Shown: piece by piece, positions 57,278-64,000 of the stretch
Numbering within the stretch: the stretch's first letter is position 1
Layout: the number at the start of each line of letters is the position of its first letter
Origin: Myxococcales bacterium
Lineage (GTDB): Bacteria > Myxococcota_A > Polyangia > Polyangiales > DASUME01
Assembly: GCA_047601445.1 (NCBI GenBank)
Contig: JASGJH010000001.1
Coordinates: forward strand, 7,328,001 to 7,392,000
Direction: 5' to 3'
DNA: 64,000 bases
Made by a program: the position numbers and the translations under genes
The notes under the pieces: generated by a model
Database searches by the model: none
What the model was told of the DNA's origin: nothing
What the model saw: the letters and a program-made list of their open reading frames with translations, nothing else

Positions 57278-59125
57278 TCACGGCGTTCCTCGCAGCTTGC
57301 TGACCACCATGTCGCGCTCCTTGCCGCCGCCGCTGGTGCTCGCCACTTGTCCTTGACCGTGCAGCCACACGTCGCCTCGTGTGTCGACGCCGAGGCCCCC
57401 GATGAAGGGCCTCTGGCCCCACTCGGGCGTGCGTGCCCAGATGAGCTTTTGATTGGCATCGAGCTTGAGCGCGAAGGGCATGCCGTAGCGGCTATTTCCC
57501 TCGGTCTGCGTGGCGGCGTCGTACGCGAGGGTGACGTCCAGAGCGTCGATCCTCCAGGGGGCGAAATAGCTTCCGCCGAGCGCGAGCGTGCCCTCGGCGT
57601 TGTGATGGAGCAGCTGGATGTAGGGTGAGGCTTCGAAGCCGAGGAAACCCGCATCCACCTCCTTGGGTGTCTGCACCTTGTTCTCCATGAACACGACCTT
57701 CGCGCCACGCGTGCCGTCGATCCCGAATGGTTGGATGCTCCAGCGGTCCGTCGTGGTGTACGTGGTGTCGTCTTCGTCGTAGATTTGCTCGTTGGCGAAG
57801 GCGCCGCTGTGACCGTCCGAGTAGCCGGCCATGGCTTGAATCCAGGCGTCGTCGTTGCTGATGGGGTTGCTCCACATCGGCGTCAGGTCGCTCATCGAGA
57901 CGGCCGTCAGCTTGGCCTCGGTGTTTGCAGGCGGCGCGAACAAACTGCCGAGCAAGTCGAAGCCACCCGAGCCGCCGTCCAGGAACACCAGCCGGTCGTT
58001 GGCACGCGCCAGCTGGTACACGGAGCTGGCCCGCTGACTCACGGAGTTGCCCTGCGCGTCCAGCTTGAGCAAGAAAGGCCGGTACGCCGTGACCGAGAGG
58101 TCGAGGGCACCGCGACCGAAGTCGGTCCAGGCGTGGGCCATGCCCGCCACGTAGAGCTGGCCCACATCGTCCACGACCGCGTCGCTGATCATGCCTCCCG
58201 CCGCCAGGCCTCCACCGATCGCGAAAGCCTTGCGATAGACCTGTTGACCCGCACTCGAGAACTTGTGAATCACTAGCTCGGTGGCGAACGTGGTCGATAG
58301 GGGCACCAGCGGGTTGAAGTTGATGAGAGGGCCCGCCATGGCGGCAACGTACGAATTCCCGGCCTTGTCGACGCTGAGCGCGAGGGGGATCAAGACGTCG
58401 CTCTTGAGGCTCGGGGCCATGACCTTGGTCCAAACCGGCTTGCAATCCTTGTCGTACTTGTGAATGAGCCCGTTGGCTGCGGAGCCCGAACTGACGACAC
58501 CGGCGCCCAAGTCCACGCGTTGACCGAAGGCTGCCATGATCACCACGCCATCGTCCGGGGTTGGCTGCAACGTGGAATGAAAGGCCTGCGACGCAAGCCA
58601 GGGTTGGTTGCTGAGCAGCACGTTGTCGTCGCTCGGGAAGTCGTAGCGATAGCGCACCTCGCACAGCACGGGACTCGCTGGATCACAGGACTTGATGCTC
58701 ACAGTGAGTTGGTCCGTGGCGGTACGTGCACTCGTGAGCTCGGCGCCGGCCTGGGGGACCTCGCTGAGCGTGAGGTCGTAGGTGGTGGTCTCGCCGGGAC
58801 AGACCTGGACCTCCTTGGTGCCGCTCAAGCCAGCGCTCCACGCGAAATGCAGCTCGGAGTCGCTCTCGGGCAGGGCCGCGCGCAGGGTGGTGCATTCACC
58901 CGGGCAGAGCTCGACCTTGTCTGCGCTCAAGGTGACCGCCCAGCCTTGCGACGCGGAGCTCCCATCGCCATCCCCGTCTCCGTCGCCCGGGCCAGGATCG
59001 GGCGTGCCGCTGTCGCCCTCCGTGGTTCGCCTGGTTTGACGGGAGGGGGCCGGATCGCCCGAGCAGGCGCCCAGGAGGAGTCCCAGGATCCACGCGCGAT
59101 GGGGCTTGGCTTTGGCCAAAATCAT
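57278..59125 (-). CDS. Lipoprotein with beta-propeller repeats
   Basis: Lipobox LGAC, GD linker, repeats VDKAGNSYV / VDDVGQLYV / KLDAQGN / VDTRGDVW. Confidence 0.78.
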   Translation of the reverse strand: MILAKAKPHRAWILGLLLGACSGDPAPSRQTRRTTEGDSGTPDPGPGDGDGDGDGSSASQGWAVTLSADKVELCPGECTTLRAALPESDSELHFAWSAGLSGTKEVQVCPGETTTYDLTLSEVPQAGAELTSARTATDQLTVSIKSCDPASPVLCEVRYRYDFPSDDNVLLSNQPWLASQAFHSTLQPTPDDGVVIMAAFGQRVDLGAGVVSSGSAANGLIHKYDKDCKPVWTKVMAPSLKSDVLIPLALSVDKAGNSYVAAMAGPLINFNPLVPLSTTFATELVIHKFSSAGQQVYRKAFAIGGGLAAGGMISDAVVDDVGQLYVAGMAHAWTDFGRGALDLSVTAYRPFLLKLDAQGNSVSQRASSVYQLARANDRLVFLDGGSGGFDLLGSLFAPPANTEAKLTAVSMSDLTPMWSNPISNDDAWIQAMAGYSDGHSGAFANEQIYDEDDTTYTTTDRWSIQPFGIDGTRGAKVVFMENKVQTPKEVDAGFLGFEASPYIQLLHHNAEGTLALGGSYFAPWRIDALDVTLAYDAATQTEGNSRYGMPFALKLDANQKLIWARTPEWGQRPFIGGLGVDTRGDVWLHGQGQVASTSGGGKERDMVVSKLRGTP

Positions 59126-59191
59126 GATGCTTTTCTCCCGATCACCCCAGCACCGAGGACCGTCCGTGCGGTCTGGGCGTGTGTTCTCGGT

Positions 59192-59260
59192 GGATGTCGG
59201 CTAGGCCTGGGATCCGTTCAGACACGAGGGTGAACGGATCGGGCCGCGTCGCGACATTCA
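59192..59260. promoter_or_regulatory. Divergent pair of putative ECF promoters TGAACGGATC-N11-CGACAT
   Basis: Perfect inverted 10-mers at 59211-59220 and 59231-59240, each followed after 11 nt by CGACAT(C/T)CA on its own strand. Confidence 0.72.
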
Positions 59261-59273
59261 TGAGCATCCCTGC

Positions 59274-59882
59274 ATGAACCTCACTCGAGCGCTCGAACAT
59301 GGTCACGACGACCCGCGCCAGCCGGTTTCCCAAAGCTCGGCCGCGGCGGCCTGCGAACGCGAGCCTGCCTCCGGGCGGGCTTTCGACGCGCTCTACACGG
59401 CGCACGCAGGCTTCGTGTTCCGGGTGCTGCGCGGCATGGGCGTGCCGGACTCGCTGGCCGACGACGCGATGCAAGACGTCTTTCTGGTGGTGCACCGCCG
59501 GCTACCGGAGTTCGACGGGCGCGCCAAGGTGACCACGTGGTTGTTTCCGATCGCCGTCAACGTGGCCCTCAACTATCGGCGTCGCGCGCGCCGCAGCCAC
59601 GATCAGACGCCCATCAAGGAGAACTTGGAGGCCGACGCGCTGTCGCCCCACGAGGAAGCCGAGGCGGCTCAGAGCTTGAGTCGCCTGCAGGCGGTGCTCG
59701 ACGACCTCGATGACGAGAAGCGCGTCACGTTGTTGCTGGCCGATCTGGAGGGCTGCTCTGCGCCCGAGATCGCCGAGCTCACGCGGACCCCGCTCAACAC
59801 GGTCTACACACGTTTGCGCCGCGCCCGCGCGGCCTTCGTCGCGCGCTGGCTCGCGCGCAAGGGAGATGCCGACCATGGCTGA
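59274..59882 (+). CDS. ECF sigma factor
   Basis: DDAMQDVFLVVHRRLPEFDGRAKVTTWLF; PEIAELTRTPLNTVYTRLRRAR. Confidence 0.92.
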   Translation: MNLTRALEHGHDDPRQPVSQSSAAAACEREPASGRAFDALYTAHAGFVFRVLRGMGVPDSLADDAMQDVFLVVHRRLPEFDGRAKVTTWLFPIAVNVALNYRRRARRSHDQTPIKENLEADALSPHEEAEAAQSLSRLQAVLDDLDDEKRVTLLLADLEGCSAPEIAELTRTPLNTVYTRLRRARAAFVARWLARKGDADHG

Positions 59883-60825
59883 ACTTCCGCACGACGCGCG
59901 CCGCGCCCTGGTGGCCGCCCGCGTTCGCTACACACCGAGTCCGCAGCGCGTTTCGCGCCTGCAGCAACGCATCCAGGCGGCCGTGCTCGCAGGGGCGGCG
60001 CCGAGTGTACCGAGTGAGTTGGCCCACGCGCAGCGCATCGTGGGGCTCGAGGGCCCCTCGCTGTGGCACGCGCGCTTGCTCAACGCAGGCATCGGTATCG
60101 CGACCCTGGGCATGTTGGCGCTGTGCCTGGTGCTCTTTGCGCGGCCTCCTGCGGGCGTGCTCGAGCGTGGAGGATCGAAGTCTCCGAGCGCAGACCCCAC
60201 GGCGCCCGTTGCGGCCACCGTGCACGAGGAGCAGACTGACCCTGGCGTTGTCCCCGCGCACTCTCACGTGGAGGCCGCGCGCGCAGCCGTCCCCCAAGTC
60301 GTGCCGAGCCCGATCGAAGAAAACCCGAAGGTTGTCGAACTGGCGCTGCCCAGGCGCCGTGACGAACGACCGAGGCCGTCGGCGCCTGCTCCAGCACGCT
60401 CGACTTCCAGCGTCCATGGCCAATTCGTTCATCCCACGGTGGAGCTCGACAGCGCGCCGTCCACGGCGACCGACTCGTCGAGTCGAACGGCAGTCATGGC
60501 ATCGACTCCAGCGCAGGCTGGCGATGAGGTCCGGGCCAAACCCGACAGCGGCCTATCGCAAGAAGTGGCCCTGATCGCGGCGGCACGTGGCGCGCTCGAT
60601 CGCGGAGAGGTGGCGCGCGCTGCCAGCCTGTTGCGAGATCACGTGCAGCGCTTCCCCGCGGGCCAACTGGTGAGCGAACGACTCGCGCTCGAGGTACGCG
60701 TTCATTGTGCACTGGGCGAGGGTGCCGCGGCGCGCAAGGCGCTGGAGGAGCTCTCTCTGTGGGCACCCAACTCGGCGCTCAGACGTACGCTGGAGCGCGC
60801 TTGCGGTGACATGCTCTCGCCATGA
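59875..60825 (+). CDS. Putative membrane anti-sigma factor with C-terminal TPR-like domain
   Basis: Overlaps the ECF stop; one TM, low-complexity linker, LSQEVALI..AR.AL...H..RFP.GQL..ER. Confidence 0.75.
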   Translation: MAELPHDARRALVAARVRYTPSPQRVSRLQQRIQAAVLAGAAPSVPSELAHAQRIVGLEGPSLWHARLLNAGIGIATLGMLALCLVLFARPPAGVLERGGSKSPSADPTAPVAATVHEEQTDPGVVPAHSHVEAARAAVPQVVPSPIEENPKVVELALPRRRDERPRPSAPAPARSTSSVHGQFVHPTVELDSAPSTATDSSSRTAVMASTPAQAGDEVRAKPDSGLSQEVALIAAARGALDRGEVARAASLLRDHVQRFPAGQLVSERLALEVRVHCALGEGAAARKALEELSLWAPNSALRRTLERACGDMLSP

Positions 60826-60838
60826 CGAGGCGATACGC

Positions 60839-61765
60839 ATGACACGCTGCCGCACGACACGGGACTGCATCCGCGGGCTCTCGGCATGCCTGAGCATCCT
60901 GCTCGGTGCTTGCGTGCAAGAGACCTTCCTGCTCGGGAAAGCCGACCACGAGCGCGATGCATCAGAGGTGCCCGACGCGCGGGTGGACCCGGATGAGGAG
61001 CCCGACGCGGGTTCGGGCTCCGAATCGGACGCGGGCGAAGAGCCCCAGGCCACCAAGCCGCTGGTGGTGAGCATCGAGGTGCGCGGACGCGATCATGTGA
61101 TCGCGCTCGGTCTCGGCTGCGGGGCCGAGTGCGTGGACGTTCGTGTGCACGTGGCTGGCGGGATTCCTCCGTACCGCGTCGTATGGGACGACGGAGAACA
61201 GGGCGCCCATCGCGATTTGTGCGCTGATCCGACGCGCCAGCGGGGCGGGCTCGTGCAAGACGCGAACACCAAGGCGCGGGCATCGGCGAGCTTCTCGCTG
61301 GGCGTGGTGGACTACGACGCGTGCAGCTCGGAGGGGCCGTTCTATCGCACTTGCTTCGCCATCGCGCCGGCATCGGATCGATGTGCGAACTTGGAGGGGA
61401 CGCCCGCGACGTTCGACGTCGGCGAGCCCCTGCCAGAGGGAGGTCGCATCACCGCAGAGTTCGTGGTGAGCGACGCGAGCAGCTCAGCGCCCTACGTGAG
61501 CCTCTATCCAACGTCGGAGACCTGCGTCGGCTCGAGCGTTCTGAGCGGGACCTTCGAGAACCTGAGCGCCGCAGGTGACCCTGCGCGCCTGCTGTTCGAC
61601 GGTTACCTAGACGAGGACACCCGCTACCTGAGCCTGGGAGATCGTGCGCTCTTGCCGAGCAACCCGCCCGACGTGGCGGCTGCCGCCGGAGGTTTCTCCG
61701 GGGAGGTACTCTCGGCCGTGGTCTGCGAGTACACGCAGTACGAACCCAGCGACAGCGCTCCCTGA
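60839..61765 (+). CDS. Hypothetical lipoprotein
   Basis: Lipobox LGAC, acidic linker, GGIPPY..W Ig/SprB-like motif. Confidence 0.7.
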   Translation: MTRCRTTRDCIRGLSACLSILLGACVQETFLLGKADHERDASEVPDARVDPDEEPDAGSGSESDAGEEPQATKPLVVSIEVRGRDHVIALGLGCGAECVDVRVHVAGGIPPYRVVWDDGEQGAHRDLCADPTRQRGGLVQDANTKARASASFSLGVVDYDACSSEGPFYRTCFAIAPASDRCANLEGTPATFDVGEPLPEGGRITAEFVVSDASSSAPYVSLYPTSETCVGSSVLSGTFENLSAAGDPARLLFDGYLDEDTRYLSLGDRALLPSNPPDVAAAAGGFSGEVLSAVVCEYTQYEPSDSAP

Positions 61766-61796
61766 CGAGCGAGGTTTTGGAGATTTTGCAGATCGT

Positions 61797-61927
61797 TGAT
61801 CGTGGTGGTGGAGATGGACTTTGACGGCGACGGCGTGCGTAGCCGCCCTCCCGGTTGACGATGAACGTCAGCCGCTTACGCACGCTGTCGCCGTAGGTGT
61901 CAAAGTCCACGTCGCCGTCGCCGATCA
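61797..61927 (+). other. Long imperfect hairpin (candidate structured RNA or palindromic element)
   Basis: Nested stems TGGACTTTGAC/GTCAAAGTCCA, GGCGACGGCGTGCGTA/TACGCACGCTGTCGCC and CGGTTGACG/CGTCAGCCG, plus outer TGATCG/CGATCA. Confidence 0.6.
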
Positions 61928-61982
61928 GGGTTCACATTGACGACCAAATCGAGGTCAACGTGCAGGAGCTGCCCCGACCGCG

Positions 61983-62984
61983 TCAGGGGAGGGCGATGCG
62001 CCCCGGCGCACTCTGGGTACCGCTCGCGGTATGGCAGCTGTTGCAGTCGCCGGATGGCACCTTACCGACCATGTGGCGCTCCTTGCCTCCTGAGAGAACC
62101 TTCGCGCTGATCGGAAAGGTCCTGCTCTTGGTGGAGTAGAAGTTGCCGCTGCTGTTGGGCGTCAAGCGCTCGACTGTGCCCTTGGCGTCGGTGATTTCGA
62201 CCTGGATGCCACTGCCGTTCGCGCCGTTGCAGTCGTCCGGCTCGTGTCCCGTCGGATAGATGGTGCCCGCGACCGTGAAGCGCGGAGCGCCGCCGTGCTT
62301 GGAGTGGCAGTCGATGCAGGCGCGTCCGGGATGCATCAACGCGTTGCCGATGTCGCCGAAGAACCAGGTCGAACCGCTCGTGCACTTGGTGGCGCCCGCG
62401 AAGGCGGGGTCACTCGTCGGAGCCGTGTCGCCGTCGCCATCACCGCTGACATCGCCATCGCCGTCGCCCGCAGGCGTCACCGTGTCGTCGCAGGTCTCGG
62501 AGGGCATGCCATCGTTGACCCAGGCTGCGAAGGCCGAGATCTCCGCGCTCGTCGGGCGCGGCGTGACGGGCGGCATGCGGTCGGTGCCCTTCGAGCGCAG
62601 ACGCGTGAGCGCGTCGTGGGCGAGGTCGATCTTCTTGTTCGTCGGAGACGGTTGCCAAAGCGCACCCGCGGTCAGCAAACTCACGTGGGCGCCGCCCGAA
62701 GGACGCTTTCCATGGCAGGTCACGCAGTAGGTCTGAAGCAGGTCCGACACCTCGCATGGGAGCGACTTTTTGCTCGTTGGAACGTCTCCATCCCCGTCGC
62801 CATCGCCATCGCCATCGCCATCGCCGTCGCCATCGCCATCGCCCGACACGTTGTCCTCGTCGGAATTGGTATCGGTTCCTCCGAGGGTTCCACTGGGTCC
62901 CGCGGCCGAGCCCGGGTTGCAGGCACTGAGGCTCAGCGCGAGCGCGGAGCCACCAAGCAGAGCTGTAATTTTGCGAAGAGACAT
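61983..62984 (-). CDS. Triheme c-type cytochrome lipoprotein
   Basis: Lipobox LSAC; CVTCH, CIDCH, CNSCH; GD linkers; GGAGG RBS. Confidence 0.85.
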   Translation of the reverse strand: MSLRKITALLGGSALALSLSACNPGSAAGPSGTLGGTDTNSDEDNVSGDGDGDGDGDGDGDGDGDGDVPTSKKSLPCEVSDLLQTYCVTCHGKRPSGGAHVSLLTAGALWQPSPTNKKIDLAHDALTRLRSKGTDRMPPVTPRPTSAEISAFAAWVNDGMPSETCDDTVTPAGDGDGDVSGDGDGDTAPTSDPAFAGATKCTSGSTWFFGDIGNALMHPGRACIDCHSKHGGAPRFTVAGTIYPTGHEPDDCNGANGSGIQVEITDAKGTVERLTPNSSGNFYSTKSRTFPISAKVLSGGKERHMVGKVPSGDCNSCHTASGTQSAPGRIALP

Positions 62985-63085
62985 GCTTCCTCCCTCGACA
63001 CCGGGGCGCGAACGAGGGACTAATGGCCAGCGTACGTTGGATCCGTTTGAGGGTTAGAAGAGTCTTGGTGCGAAGCGCGCGTCTG

Positions 63086-64000
63086 ATGGGCGAGAGAGTA
63101 TCCGAGCGGCTCACGCGGCAGGGCTTCGGGCTCGCGCTTCATGCCTTCTTGGCCGCATTTGTTCTGCTGCCCACCACGTCGCATGCGCAGCACGACGCGG
63201 GGACCCTCGAGTTCACGGCGGTTCAGGGATGCCCCAGCGCGCCGTGGATCAAGCAGCGAGTGTCAGCGCTGCTCGCCCCCCAGTCGTGGCCGGCCGACGT
63301 GCGTGCCCGCGCCAACATCCGCAAGGTCGGGACCCGCCTGCGCCTGTCCTTGAGTGTCGGTCGCGCCGAGGTCCAAAGTCAGCGCACCCTCGAGGCCCAC
63401 GACTGCACGGAGCTGGCCGAGGCTACGGCTTGGTTGATCGCGCTCGCCATCGATCCCGAGATCCGACGCGGGCCGGTCCAGGAAGCCGCAGACGCGGGTG
63501 ACGTGGATGACAGCGAACATGCCGTCGAGGGCAGCAGCACCTCGGCTGCTGGCCATGGGCCCGACGACGGCGCCGAGCCGCGAAATTCGGCGAACTCCAC
63601 CGCTTCCGCAGCTGGAAGCAGCGCGTCCTCAGACGCTCCCCACTCCAAGCAGCAGCCGCCAGCGAGCACGCCTACGCGCGATCGAACGAAGGCCGCGCAA
63701 AATGTGCGCGAGGACGTCCGAGCACCCGGGCCGCCGCGCGAGCGCTGGGGTCGCGTCGGAGCTTTCGGCGGCGTCTGGGGCGCCCATCTGCCAGCGCCTC
63801 AGGCCTCCCTCGGCGCGCGCGCAGGTTTCGGTTTGGAGCGCCTCTACGTGGAAGCTCGCTATGCCTACATGTTCGAGCGTTCACAGTCGGTGGAGCTCCC
63901 AGCCCGTGCCGCCGTGGTGGGATTTTCGACGCAGGAGCTGGCGCTGGCCCTCTGCGGACAATGGGTGTTGGGCAGCTTGCGCGCAGGGCCCTGCGCGGTG
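63086..64000 (+). CDS. Exported hypothetical protein of the 56227..57234 family, partial (runs off window end)
   Basis: Manual translation is open from ATG 63086 to the end: signal SHA-Q, GCPS...QRTLEAHDCTELAEATAWLIALAIDP, linker, beta strands. Absent from the ORF track because it has no stop. Confidence 0.75.
   Translation, partial: MGERVSERLTRQGFGLALHAFLAAFVLLPTTSHAQHDAGTLEFTAVQGCPSAPWIKQRVSALLAPQSWPADVRARANIRKVGTRLRLSLSVGRAEVQSQRTLEAHDCTELAEATAWLIALAIDPEIRRGPVQEAADAGDVDDSEHAVEGSSTSAAGHGPDDGAEPRNSANSTASAAGSSASSDAPHSKQQPPASTPTRDRTKAAQNVREDVRAPGPPRERWGRVGAFGGVWGAHLPAPQASLGARAGFGLERLYVEARYAYMFERSQSVELPARAAVVGFSTQELALALCGQWVLGSLRAGPCAV

Noticed and set aside
61797..61927. 6S RNA or SRP RNA
   Set aside because: No large central bubble typical of 6S and no SRP GGAA-loop motif; kept only as an unassigned hairpin.

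Overview
GC-rich bacterial DNA whose gene content points to a myxobacterium (Myxococcota, Polyangiales-like; inferred from content only): six ECF sigma factors, a Ser/Thr kinase-AAA protein, a DUF1552/DUF1592 pair, many Cys-rich or Gly-Asp-repeat lipoproteins, and c-type cytochromes. I see no rRNA, tRNA, transposase or cas genes. The standout is a somewhat lower-GC block (about 46.6-51.5 kb) carrying an apparently complete de novo cytokinin pathway: a LOG phosphoribohydrolase followed by one ORF fusing a Tzs/Ipt-type adenylate isopentenyltransferase to a cytochrome P450. It is flanked by a Dabb protein, a small STAS-like protein, an orphan response regulator and a palindromic repeat array. Other notable items are repeated 'exported beta-rich protein - ECF - anti-sigma - lipoprotein' modules with readable divergent promoter motifs, three tandem-LuxR regulators, a heme c-fused copper monooxygenase, an Arn-like aminosugar transfer cluster, a long G-U-rich intergenic hairpin, and two single-base frameshifts. 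Product calls come from motif recognition, not database searches.
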